A DNA stretch of 64,000 bases from Camelus ferus (lineage: Eukaryota). A model generated the notes under the pieces. It had not been told where the DNA came from. It did not search any database and saw only the letters and a program-made list of their open reading frames with translations. Shown here piece by piece: positions 26,478-38,759 of this stretch. Both the position numbers and the translations under genes were made by a program. The DNA lies in the NCBI RefSeq assembly GCF_009834535.1, contig NC_045697.1, positions 60,824,001 to 60,888,000 on the forward strand, given 5' to 3'. Every line of letters starts with the position of its first letter. Position 1 is the first letter of the stretch.

Positions 26478-27124
26478 TTTACAGAAAGAACATGTATAAG
26501 TTTCTTTGGTATTTTTTCCCAGTTCTATCACCTAACAAAATGCTATGAATTTTAGTCTTAAATTTTCTTTAAACCTTGTGTAAAAAAGAGTTCTATTGAT
26601 GCTTATGCAATCTCATTCAACACCAGGTGGTTATCCTTCTCTCCATTTAGCCAGAGAAATACTATTTAATATTTAATACAAAGGGAAAAAATGAGAAAAG
26701 AGTTGAACTAGCAATTAAAAATGAGTATAATTAATATATGATTCAAATTATAACTATTGTTCCTAATTATGAAATTGAGGGAAATCAATCATTAAAATTT
26801 TAGATGTATGATTTCTTTTCATATATTAAAAATCACTTTAACATTGTTTAATATAGTAAACCACATGCTGCCACTTACATGAATATGCTGGATTCTTTCA
26901 TAGTGAATTGATTCTTTAAAATAATGTTTATATAACAAATTTTCTAACAAATAATGCTCTAAATATAATGATATCCTTAAGTCTAGAAAGAATTGAAAAA
27001 TGCTTGGTGTCCAATTTATAAGAAAAAATTTACTTACTTAATAGCTTACAAGTTCTTATTTTGCAACAGGTAATGACAGAGGAATATCTGTTCAAGTTAA
27101 CTAAACATAGACCAATGTTTTGAT

Positions 27125-27560
27125 GGGCAGTAGTTATTTCTAATATAATATCTCTCCACATCTCTAGGATACGTGGAAAACTGTATTTCCCAGTTTCATG
27201 CAGTTGGAAGTAGGAATATGATTAGTGTTGGATAGTGGGTTTGGGTCAGAGGTTTTATATATATTGTCTTTTAGTCAAAGTATTCAATTGATAATTTGAG
27301 ACCCTCCAGGCTTCTGTAACCTATCACAGTGAATGGGAAAGACACCTAGTCAACACAACGCAGTGATGTATTCTCAACTCAGTGAAGGCTCAATAGTGAA
27401 ATAGTGAAGGCATTCCTAGCCTCCATCATGACTCATGGAAGACAAGTGTCCAGAGGTTTTCCTAGCATTTCATGAGCAAGTAATAGTCTTTGGTGTGCTA
27501 TATCTGAGATTTTTGGATTATTGAATAACAGACTATATCCTAATTAATCTTGACAGATGT
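27125..27560 (+). mobile_element. MLT1-like (MaLR) solo LTR
   Basis: ACTGTATTTCCCAGTTTCATGCAGTTGG..CATGAGCAAGTAATAGTCTTTGGTGTGCTA..CTGAGATTTTTGG resembles MLT1 motifs. Confidence 0.6.
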
Positions 27561-27945
27561 AGTAGGCAAATAGTAATTCAACTCATTTGTTACTTCAGTG
27601 TTAACTGCACATCAATTTACAACAAAGTAATTAAGCACCCATTACTTCAAATGTTATAGTATGAAGATACTACAGGCTATAAGTGAACTCATATTTGAAT
27701 TATTTTCATTTAAAGTACAGGGTATAATATCATCATAAAATGACTTATACACAAAATAATCCATAGTTATGCAAAATCTGTGGTTTCAAATCCTAACCAG
27801 AATATAAATATCCAAAAAATTTAGAAGAATAAAAAATATTTTTAAAAAATTAATTCCAATTATGCAAAAAGTTTTAAAGTTTATAACATAATACATTTGC
27901 TTAAAAAGAAATTCTTCACAACTTAAGGTCAGAAAAGTCTGAATC

Positions 27946-29731
27946 GCTGGAGAGAGAAGATGGCGGAGTAGAAGGACGCTCGCATCTCACCCTCTCCCAC
28001 AAATGCACCAAGACCCACATCCACAGACCCACTCAGCCAACCACAGCACCTGCGAACTCCGACAGAACATCGCCCTCTTCAAAAGATAAAGACGCCAAAA
28101 ATCTGGTAGGAGAAAAGGAAAAAAGAAAGAACAAACGGCAAAGCAGAGCGGGACGGGTCCCGCGGGTAGGGAGTGGCAAAGGAGGACTGGCGCTTGCTCG
28201 CTGGGTCTCCCCTCTCCAACTGAGAGGCCAGCGGGACGGAGGGGGAGCCTCTGAGGCTCGGATCTATATGGAGCAGCCCTTGACTGACAGAACTAAGTTA
28301 AACAGGCACAGAGGGTCCCCCCGACACCCAGCCTGAGACGCGGGCCGGCAGCGGCGGGCAGGGCCAGGCTGCACAAGTAGGGCAGAGTACGGGGGCGGCT
28401 GCACTGAGACACCCCCGGGGGACTGTAAGGGGCTGCGTGCCACGGCTGTGGGTGCACAGGGCAGAACAATCTGGGCCCTCCATAAAACAGCAAGGTTGAT
28501 ATGCCCTGGGGGGAAGGGTATATACCCCCATCTCTGAAAACCCGCTGAAAGTTTTCGGGGGAAGAGAGGCGGGGCTCAGGCACAGCCGCCATATCCTCTG
28601 GCCCTTAGCATCCAGGCGGTGGCGGGGGCGAAACCTGCATCCGCACCAAAGGGCTTAGCAGCCTCAAAGGCCAGACTGAGACTTGCCTACAGTCCGAGGC
28701 AGATAGGATCCTTCCATCCTGGTCCCTCAGAGAACTTGCTCCACAAAGACAAACAAGGAGCTGAGCTTTGGCCTGGAGCAGGGACAAGGCTATCCCTCGG
28801 TCTTCCCCAAGCCCACCTGCGGAGCGCGGACCAGGATGGAGCGCGCAGCCGCACAGAGCAGCGGAGCTACCTGCGCAGGGAGAGGGAGAGCGGCCCCCCG
28901 CCTTTCGGGCAGGAACACAGCCCCTGACTGAGGTGCTGGGAGGGGGCACGACCCGCCCTCCTACCCGGCCAGTCTGCAACATCTGACTGCGGCATCGGGA
29001 GGGGCAGTGACACGTCCACCCACAGCAAAGAAGAGCTGCACCTGACCCAGTGTTGGGAGGGGGCGCGACCCCCCGTCCTACCCGGCCAGTCTGCAACATC
29101 TGACTGAAGCATCGGGAGGGGCAGTGACGCGTCCACTCACAGCAGAGGAGAGCTACACCTGACCCAGTGTTAGGAGGAGGCGCGATCTGCTTGCCGACAG
29201 GCACTGGGAGCAGCACAGAAGAGGGTGCCAACGGAGGGCCTCTGAAAACAGCAAGCTGAGCTTCCAAAACAGGACGAAGACAGAAAGACTTCACATTAAA
29301 AGCACACAGACTCCAGCAGAACACCGACAACCCCCCCTTTTTTTTTAAATCTGTTTTTACCTGTTCTATTTTCTATTACCCTCTTAATTTTTACTTCTTA
29401 ATTCATTTCTATTTCTCTTGGGTTTTGATGTCCTGTTATTGATTAGACACAGGTTTCAAATACATCTATTCATCTCCCCCCCACTTTTTTTTTAAAAGGT
29501 TTTAAAAGGACGTCTCAACCCGATTGATACTCTGCTTCAACTCGCTCTTCTATTATTCATTATACACTGTTTTCAAACCTTCTTTCTCCCTTCTTTTAAA
29601 ATTCTTTCTCTCTCTCTCTTATTTTTTTCTTTTTTTCCTAAGTTCTATTCCTAAATAGGCATTAGATAGATAAACTCCTTAAGGACCAAAATAGACAACT
29701 GATACTCCATAAACCACAGTGCCAGAGAGGT
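27946..29731 (+). promoter_or_regulatory. L1 5' UTR / internal Pol II promoter with CpG-rich region and YY1 motif
   Basis: The only CpG-dense stretch of the window (about 27946-29330). AAGATGGCGG at 27957-27966 matches the YY1 site found near L1 5' ends. A pyrimidine-rich tract follows at 29331-29640. Confidence 0.85.
28923..29185 (+). repeat. About 2.2 copies of a 117/118-bp tandem repeat in the L1 5' UTR
   Basis: Units begin with CCTGAC at 28923, 29041 and 29158. The core CTACCCGGCCAGTCTGCAACATCTGACTG..GCATCGGGAGGGGCAGTGAC is shared by the two full units. Confidence 0.92.
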
Positions 29732-30634
29732 ATGAGCAAGATGAAGAAGCACAGAAACCTTTCCCAATTAAAAGAACAAGAGAAATCCCCTGAAAGAAAG
29801 ATCAATGAAATAGATATTGATAGCCTACTAGATCAAGATTTCAAAAAAGGAGTGATCAAATTGCTGAAGGAATTAAAAGAGATAGTGTTTAGAGATATAA
29901 AATAGGTCAAAAATGAAATTGAAGCTATAAAGAAGAGCCAAGTAGAATGGGTAAACTCATTGACAGAGATGAGGAATGATCTAATAGCTGTGCAAAGCTG
30001 ACTAGATAATGCAGAGGAACGAATTAGTGATCTAGCAGACAGGACAATAGAAAGCACCCATTCAGAAGAACTACAAGATAAGCAAATAAAAAATAATGAA
30101 AATAGCATAAGGGACCTATGGGATAATATAAAGCGTCCCAATCTTTGCATAATAGGGGTCCCAGAAGGAGAAGAAAGATCAAAGGGGATTGAAAAGGCTT
30201 TTGAAGAAATCATGACTGAAAACTTCCCAAACTTAAAGAAGGAATCAGATATCCAAGTACAGGAAGCTCACAGGGACCCAAACAGGAAGAACCCAAACAG
30301 ACCCACACCAAGACATATCATAATCAAGATGGCCAGAGTCAAGGATAAAGAAAGGATTCTAAAGGCAGCAAGAGAAAAGCAAAAAGTAAGTTACAAGGGA
30401 ACCCCCATAAGGCTCTCAGCTGATTTCTATACACAAACACTACAGGCCAGAAGGGAGTGGGAAGATATATTCAAAGCCCTGAATGAAAAAAAGATGCAGC
30501 CTAGGATACTTTATCCAGCAAGGCTATCCTTTAGGATAGAAGGAGAAATAAAGAGTTTCACAGACAAAAAATAGCTGCAGGAGTTTAGCAACACTAAACC
30601 CATGCTAAAAGAAATATTGAAAGGGCTATTCTAA
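29732..30634 (+). pseudogene. ORF1: L1 ORF1p (coiled-coil/RRM/CTD RNA-binding protein), disrupted
   Basis: One frame from ATG 29732 (MSKMKKHRNLSQLKEQ...) to TAA 30632-30634. Hallmark motifs include LWDNIKRPNL.IIGVPEGEE, TPRHIIIK, AAREK and YPARLSF. Premature stops at 29903 (TAG), 29999 (TGA) and 30572 (TAG). Confidence 0.93.
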
Positions 30635-31041
30635 ATAGAAAAGCAGCAGGATGCTACAGAAATGAGAAACTCACAACTGGAAAGGTGATAACTCATGAAT
30701 TACAAATAAAGTAAACACGAAATTATAAAAGAAGACATACAAATCACTGAGAGTGGGAGAGGGAGGCAGGGAAATATAGAATATATTTTTTTCTTTCTTT
30801 TTTAAATTTTTTGTAATGGTAGGATAGGTTTGAGATCATGTTACTATCAGTTTAATAAAAACAGTTATAGTAGTGGGCTAATAGATTTACGAAAAAGGGT
30901 AACCACAAGCCAAAAACTTACAAGGGAGTCACAAAAATTAAATAAAATCCATGATAATACAAAGGAAAGTTACCAAACCACAGAAGGAAGAAGAAAGGAA
31001 CAAAGAGGATATACCAATTCAACTGCAAAGATAAGTTCAAA

Positions 31042-34000
31042 ATGGCAATAAACACACATCTATCATTAATTACTGTAAATGTTAATGGACTAAATGCTCC
31101 AGTAAAAAGACATAGAGTAGCAGACTGGATAATAAAGCAAGAACCTTCAATATGCTGCACACAAGAGACCCGCTTTAGGGAGAAGGACACATATAGATTG
31201 AGAGTGAAAGGATGGAAAAGGATATTCCACGCAAATGGAAAAGCAAAAAAATCAGGTGTTGCAGTACTGATTTCAGACAAAATAGACTTTAAAACAAAGG
31301 CCATAAAGAAAGATAAAGAAGGACATTTTATAATGATTAAAGGAGTGATACAAGACGAGGATATTACACTCGTTAATATATATGCACCCAATATAGGAGC
31401 AGCTAAGTACATACAAGAATTACTAACAGAGATAAAGGGGGCTATTGATGGGAATACAATCATAGTTGGAGATTTTAACACTGCATTAACATCACTAGAC
31501 AGATCTTCCAGACAGAAAATACACAAGACAACAGAGAAAATAAATGATACAATAGAAAAACTAGATTTGGTGGATATTTTCAGAGCATTACACCCCCCAG
31601 AAATAGGATATACATTCTTTTCAAGTGCACGTGGAACATTTTCCAGGATCGATCATGTACTTGGGCACAAAAGAAACCTCAACAATTTTAAGAAGATAGA
31701 AATTATCTCAAGCATCTTTACTGACCATAATGCCATGAAACTGGAAATCAACAACAGAGAAACAAAGGAAAAGAAAAGGAAAGCATGGAGATTAAACAAT
31801 ATGTTATTGAAAAAACAATGGGTCAATGAGGAAATCAAAGCTGAAATTAAAAAATACCTTGAGACAAATGACAATGAAAGCATAACCACTCAAAACCTAT
31901 GGGACACAGCAAAGGCAGTGCTAAGAGGGAAGTTTATAGCGATACAGGTCTTCCTCAAAAAAGAAGAACCATCTCAAATAAACAATTTAACCCACCACCT
32001 GAATGAATTAGAAAAAGAAGAACAAAAAGCCCCAAAAAGCAGCAGAAGGAAGGAAATAATAAAGATCAGAGAGGAACTAAATACAATAGAGATTAACAAG
32101 ACCAAAGAAAAAATCAACCAAACCAAAAACTGGTTTTTTGAAAAAGTAAATAAAATCGACAAACCTCTGGCCAAACTCACAAAGAAGAAAAAAGAGAGAG
32201 CACAAATTAGCAAAATAAGAAAGAAAAATGGAGAAATTACAACAAACAAAATAGAAATACAGAATATCATACGAGAATATTATGAAAAACTATATGGAAC
32301 CAAACTGGATAACCTAGAGGAGATGGAGAAGTTTCTGGAAACATACTGTCCACCAAGACTGAATCAAGAAGAATCTAAACACTTGAACAATCCGATCACT
32401 AGAAAGGAAATAGAAATAGCAATTAAAAACCTCCCTACAAATAAAAGTCCAGGACTGGACGGCTTCACCAGAGAATTCTACCAAACATACAAAGAAGAAC
32501 TCATACCAGTCCTTCTCAAACTCTTCCAGATGATTGAAAAGGAGGGAACACTCCCAAACTCATTCTATGAAGCCACCATCACCCTGATACCAAAACCAGT
32601 CAAAGATACTACAAAAATGAGAATTACAGGCCAATATCACTGACGAACATAGACGCCAAAATCCTCACCAACATTTTAGCAAATAGAATCCAACAACACA
32701 TAAAAAAGATTATACATCATGACCAGGTGGGGTTCATCCCAGGGACACAAGGCTGGTTCAACATATGCAAATCAATCAATGTAATACATCACATCAACAA
32801 GAAAAAGGACAAAAACCACATGATCATCTCAATCGATGCAGAAAAAGCATTTGATAAAATTCAACACCCGTTTATGATAAAAACTCTCGCCAAAGTGGGT
32901 ATAGAGGGACCATATCTCAACATAATAAAAGCTATATATGACAAACCTACAGCCAGCATAGTACTCAACGGTGAAAAACTCAAAAGCTTCCCACTAAAAT
33001 CTGGGACAAGATAAGGATGCCCACTATCACCACTCCTATTCAACATAGTCCTGGAAGTCCTAGCCATAGCAATCAGGCAAGAGAAAGAAATGAAAGGGAT
33101 CCAAATTGGAAAAGAAGAGGTAAAAGTGTCACTATATGCTGATGACATGTTACTATATATAGAAAACCCTAAGAGGTCCACACAAAGCTACTATAGCTGA
33201 TTGAAGAATTCAGCATGGTAGCAGGTTACAAAATTAACGTTCAAAAATCAGTTGCATTTCTTTACACTAACGATAAATCAACAGAAGAAGAAAGTAAAGA
33301 AACAATCCCCTTTAAAATACCACCCAAAGTAATAAAATATCTGGGAATAAATCTAACCAAGGAGGTGAAAGAATTATACACAGAAAACTATAAACCATTG
33401 ATGAAGGAAATTAAAGAAGACTTTAAAAAATGGAAAGATATTCCATGCTCTTGGATTGGAAGAATCGGTATAGTTAAAATGGTCACACTGCCCAAGGCAA
33501 TCTACAGATTTAATGCAATCCCTATCAAATTACCCAGGACATATTTCACAGAACTAGAAAAAATCATAATAAAATTTATATGGAACCATCAAAGACCTAG
33601 AATTGCCAAAGCATTACTGAAGAGAAAGAAAGAGGCTGGAGGAATAACTCTCCCAGACTTCAGACAATACTATAGAGCTACAGTCATCAAGACAGCATGG
33701 TATTGGTACCAAAACAGACATATAGACCAATGGAACAGAATAGAGAGCCCAGAAATGAACCCACAAACTTTTGGGTCAACTAATCTTCGACAAAGGAGGC
33801 AAGAATATACAATGGAATAAAGACAGTCTCTTCAGCAAATGGTGTTGGGAAAACTGGACAGTGGCATGTAAAACAATGAAGCTAGAACACTCCCTTACAC
33901 CATATACAAAAATCAACTCAAAATGGATCAAAGACTTAAACATAAGACAAGATACAATAAACCTCCTAGAGGAAAACATAGGCAAAACATTATCTGACAT

Positions 34001-34842
34001 ACATTTCAAAAATTTTCTCCTAGAAGAAATAAAAGCAGGAATAAACAAATGGGACCTAATGAAACTTACAAGCTTCTGCACAGCAAAGGAAACCAGAAAT
34101 AAAACAAGAAGACAACCTATGGAATGGGAGAAAATTTTTACAAATGAAACCGACAATGGCTTGATCTCCAGAATATATAAGCAGCTCATACGACTCAATA
34201 AGAAAAAAATAAACAACCCAATCCAAAAATGGGCAGAAGACCTAAACAAGCAATTCTACAAGGAAGACATACAAATGATCAAAAGGCACATGAAAAAATG
34301 CTCAATATCACTAATTATCAGAGAAATGCCAATCAAAACTACAATGAGGTATCACCTCACACCAGTCAGAATGGCCGTCATTCAAAAATCCACAAATGAC
34401 AAATGCTGGAGAGGCTGTGGAGAAAGGGGAACCCTCCTACACTGCTGGTGGGAATGCAGTTTGGTGCAGCCACTATGGAAAACAGTGTGGAGATTCCTCA
34501 AAAGACTAGGAATAGACTTACCATATGACCCAGGAATCCCACTCCTGGGCTTGTATCCAGAAGGAACCCTACCTACTTCAGGATGACACCTGCACCCCAA
34601 TGTTCATAGCAGCACTATTTACAATAGCCAAAACATGGAAACAGCCTAAATGTCCATCAACAGGTGACTGGATAAAGAAGAGGTGGTATATTTATACAAT
34701 GGAATACTACTCAGCCATAAAACCCGACAACATAATGCCATTTGCAGCAACATGGATGCTCCTGGAGAATGTCATTCTAAGTGAAGTCAGCCAGAAAGAG
34801 AAAGAAAAATACCATATGAGATCGCTCATATGTGGAATCTAA
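31042..34842 (+). pseudogene. ORF2: L1 ORF2p (APE endonuclease, reverse transcriptase, C-terminal CCHC), disrupted
   Basis: Endonuclease motifs NVNGLN, GDFN, SRIDH and FTDHN; Z-domain [10 protein letters not shown] motifs (Q)GCPLSP and YADD (33135-33146); [18 protein letters not shown]. Frameshifts at about 32615, 33185, 33770 and 34570 (the last is a 4-bp CTAC duplication relative to the sister copy near 48150). Stops TAA at 33012 and TAG at 33194. Confidence 0.96.
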
Positions 34843-35152
34843 AAAACAAAAACAAAAACAAACAAACAAACAAAAACAAAGCATAAATACAGGACAGAAA
34901 TAGACTCATAGACAGAGAATACAGACTTGTGGTTGCCAGGGGGGTGGAGGGTGGGAAGGGATAGACTGGGATTTCAAAACTGTAGAATAGATAAACAAGA
35001 TTACACTGTATAGCACAGGGAAATATACACAAAATGTTATGATAATTCACAGAGAAAAAAATGTTACAGTGAGTGTGTATATGTCCATGAATGACTGAAA
35101 AATAGTGCTGAACACTGGAATTTGACACAATATTGTAAAATGATTATAAATC

Positions 35153-35158
35153 AATAAA
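35153..35158 (+). terminator. L1 polyadenylation signal AATAAA
   Basis: AATAAA lies just upstream of the A-rich tail and the 3' TSD. Confidence 0.8.
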
Positions 35159-36255
35159 AATGTTAAAAAGAAAAAAAGAGAGAAAAAGAAAGAAAAGTCT
35201 GAATCATTGTGACATGAATTACCATGTATCATGAATGTAAAGTTTACCTGTGAGATTAGAATATTCAAGATAACCATTATTCTCTTACAGTGGAATTGCT
35301 TGATACCATAAAGCACGATGGCACTACTGTTCATTAATGTCACTTTAAGTGAACTTTACTGTGGAACAATCAGTACTATTCCTTATAATATATAGACTTA
35401 ACATTACTAATTGTTATCACTAAAAGCCAGTTTTATAGTGACATAAACTGTAGAGCTAATGCTGTCAGGCTTTGGTATTAATGCCTCAAATAAACACACT
35501 AATATAGTGTCAGAATATATCTCTTACAAACTGATATGCAAAGACCAGATTTTAAAAAAAGCCAGTATAGGCTGTTGTAACTCCTAGCAAAACAATATAA
35601 TGTCAGTGTGTATCTCTTTTTAATGTTATGTATCACTTCATTTAACAAGTAACTGAGTTTATTTAACGTGAAATGATGGCAACTGGCAATCATAGCATTC
35701 TTTCCCAGAAATAGAAAAAAAAGCATATATCTTCTCCAAAGTCAATATTTATTTGATTGGAAAGAACCATGATAATTACTTATTGATTTTAAAATTGTTT
35801 AGAGTAATCCTTTAAAAAAAATCTGTGTCAAAATCAAACACAGCCTTCAAGAAGATATTTAAAGCTGACACACTTTCTAAAATCCTCTTCACATAGAAAC
35901 AAAGTTAAATTCCAAAATCATGCATGAGTATCTATAATACATTGGTCATTTATTTGAAAAAACCCATATTTATAATGTAAAATACAGATTTGTAGTTACC
36001 CATCTTTTCTGTCATTTGTGTCATGCAGCTGTATTTCAATTATATCTATCAAATGGAAAGGCATGCTTTTAAATATTACTTAGTTTTCATTCTTGACAAA
36101 CTTTAGAAGGCAAAAGAACATTAAAATAGCCACATAAAATTATGGACAAGTTTTGCTCAATACTATCTATTCTCATGAAAATCAAGGTAATCACCATACC
36201 AATACGGAATAAAATGCTATGAAAGAGCAAGATATAGCAGTACTAAAAAGCAAGA

Positions 36256-36387
36256 AATTTTTAGAATAACTATAAATGGAGTATAAACTTTAAAAATTGT
36301 AAATCATTATATTGCGTATCTGTCATTATATAAAATTGTACATAGAATATACTTCAATATAAAAAGAAAGAAGAAGCAAATAAATAG
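36256..36387 (+). mobile_element. Short L1 3'-end insertion with an older 3' UTR type
   Basis: AATAACTATAAATGGAGTATAA..TATACTTCAAT plus an A-rich tail. 10-bp TSD AAAAGCAAGA at 36246-36255 and 36388-36397. Confidence 0.75.
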
Positions 36388-36759
36388 AAAAGCAAGACAT
36401 GCTACATAAGACTCTCATTGTGATGCTTAGATGTTTAGCACACATTTCCATCTTTAAAATACATTTTATGTAAAACCCAAGTACTCTTTACAAATGTATA
36501 TCACGTAATACTGAAAAGTGAACTACAATTGTCAGAGAAGCTAAGCAACATCCTTAATGGTCACTTAGATTAGGCCTGATAAAATGAACAAAATTTCATC
36601 CATTCTTTATTAATTTAGGCTACCAAGTCATATAACTACAAAGTGTATGAGGCAATTGGGTTGGCATACTGTCCGAAGATGAGGAGAAAATAAGTAATTT
36701 TAGGTGCAATTCTCTGTGGGAGAACAATCAAATATATTCCTATTCAAAAGCAGATTACA

Positions 36760-37200
36760 GATTATTAATTTGAGATATTTATTCTTACTTACTATAAATA
36801 TTTGCAACTATGAATATCCATCTGAGTATTAGGTTAGCTGCACCAGCACAGTTTTGGAAAGTGTATTCTTTTTAATTCATTTCAAAGTATTTTCTAATTT
36901 CTCTTGTGATTTCTTCTTGGACCAACTGGTTATTTAAGTTGTTGTTTAATTGCCACAGTATTGTAAATTTGCCAAATATTCTACTGTTGCTAATTTCTAG
37001 TTTCATTCCATTGAGATCAAAAAACATACTTTGTATAATTTCAATTCTTTCTAACTTACTAAGATACGTTTTTTTGGCACCAGATAAGATCTACTCTGAA
37101 GTGTTTCACAAGCACTTGAAAAGAATATGTAATCTGTTGTTGTTGGAGGGAGGGTTCAATAGATGCCTTTTAAGTCTACTTCACTTCTAGTGTTGTATAT
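36760..37200 (-). mobile_element. Ancient L1 ORF2 (endonuclease region) fragment
   Basis: TTTTCTAATTTCTCTTGTGATTTCTTCTTGGACC..TAATTTCTAGTTTCATTCCATTG is the reverse complement of the EN C-terminal region. Confidence 0.75.
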
Positions 37201-38759
37201 TATTATGCTGTGCCCATTATAGGTCACTTCTCCCTTCAATATTCTATCTTATATATTGTCTGTTCTATGTTTTCTCAAAATTGTTTGAAAAAATTGATAC
37301 ACATGTTTTTCTTTTGCAATAAGTTTACTTTTCCTTTGAGAGGGTCACTCAACTCTATGAACACATACATACTAGTTCTCTATCATATCCACAGAAATCA
37401 TTGGGCTTATATCATATGACCCGTGTGAATGAGCTTATTTTCCTTCACTCATATAATATTCTGAATTATAACACTGATTTTCCATCTTAAAATGATAAAA
37501 TAATACCATCACTGTTAAGCTAAATTCTTTAAAGTCACAAAACCCAAGAAAGCATTACAAGATGCTTTCTACTTAGCACTCAAAGCCTTCTATCCTGATA
37601 TGCCATTTCTTCCTTTCACCATAATGCCCTTCTATTCTGATTTATCATTTCTTTATGACTATAAATTTCTCACCTTTTATCTTTTGCACATAGGTTCTGA
37701 TAATGACATTTCCCTCACTCAGTGTTTATTCTTAGCTAGAAACCCTGTCTCTCACTCAAAGTGCATTTCAATACCACCTTCTCTGGAGCTTCCCTTAATT
37801 TCCCTGGGGCACATGGCAGCTCTCGCTTCTAAATGTCTACAATACTTTTACACTTATGAGACTTGCTACTGTTATTTTAAGTGGAAGAAGAAGAAATCTA
37901 GGATATTAAAACTAAGATTAGTTATTTGAGTTTCATAAAACCATGTAACTCCTGTTTTTCTTACTGGTACCATGGCTATATTAACCACATCAAGCTGTCA
38001 AATATGCATAATAAAAGTATGCATATGTGATTGTTTCCAGGAATCAATAATTACAATTTAAAACTGAAACTGTTAGCGTTCTTCAGTAAATTTGTTCATC
38101 TACATTCTACAGGATCTTTGTTTGCTGGTCCTTTAAGATCTCTTGTGAAGATTTCATTCTTGTTGTATTTGGCTATTTCTTACTGGCTCTCAATACTGTG
38201 TATCTAAAAGAAATTAAAATGTTGTCTCCCTCATGGGACCCATTTGTGAATTTTTTGTAGGTCCTATGGGACCTCCTCTGTGCATAGTTCTCTGAAATGA
38301 AAGTTTAACTATTGCTTTACTTGGTCCAATCTCTCAGCTCTATCCCTAGCACTATGGTGCAGAGCAGCAAGACAGTTCTACCCCTTTCCCCTTGTGTCCA
38401 ACCCATCCATGGACAACTCACTCATATCTGACAAATCAAAATACAGTCAGCTATACTGTTGTCAATCTTTCCCTCCTATTATCTCTTTTCTCAATCTTGT
38501 TCCTCTTTGCTCAAATATACGTAGGGAGAAGACCAGCAAACCTGTTACCTAATTAGAATCCAGATGGGAAATAAAATTCAGATCCACATCCAGATCTAGT
38601 AGATATTTCTAACTTCCAAAAATGATACTGTTGGAGCATCCCATCTCAGCAGAATAAAGGATAGAGGAAGTAACTGCCTACCAAATTCAATTTAAACAGA
38701 CAATTTTAAAATTATACATACACATATATATGCAGGGAGAGGAGAGAGAGAGAAGAGGA

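Larger units (their letters stand above)
27946..35190 (+). mobile_element. Full-length LINE-1 retrotransposon (about 7.25 kb), young but inactivated
   Basis: Perfect 15-bp TSD AGAAAAGTCTGAATC at 27931-27945 and 35191-35205. Contains a GC/CpG-rich 5' UTR, ORF1, spacer, ORF2 (EN-RT-CCHC), 3' UTR, AATAAA at 35153-35158 and an A-rich tail at about 35165-35190. Confidence 0.98.

Noticed and set aside
27961..27972. TGGCGGAGTAGA as a Pol III A-box or tRNA-derived SINE head
   Set aside because: It overlaps the YY1 motif at the L1 5' end, and no B-box or tRNA fold is seen.
30830..31051. 73-aa ORF in the inter-ORF spacer as a third L1 gene
   Set aside because: It has a TTG start and no recognisable domain, and its length is compatible with chance.
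29833..34600. Long minus-strand ORFs over the L1 (for example 30918-31526, 29833-30213, 33776-34249)
   Set aside because: These are antisense shadows of A-rich ORF1/ORF2. They give F/L/I/S-rich peptides with no independent coding evidence.
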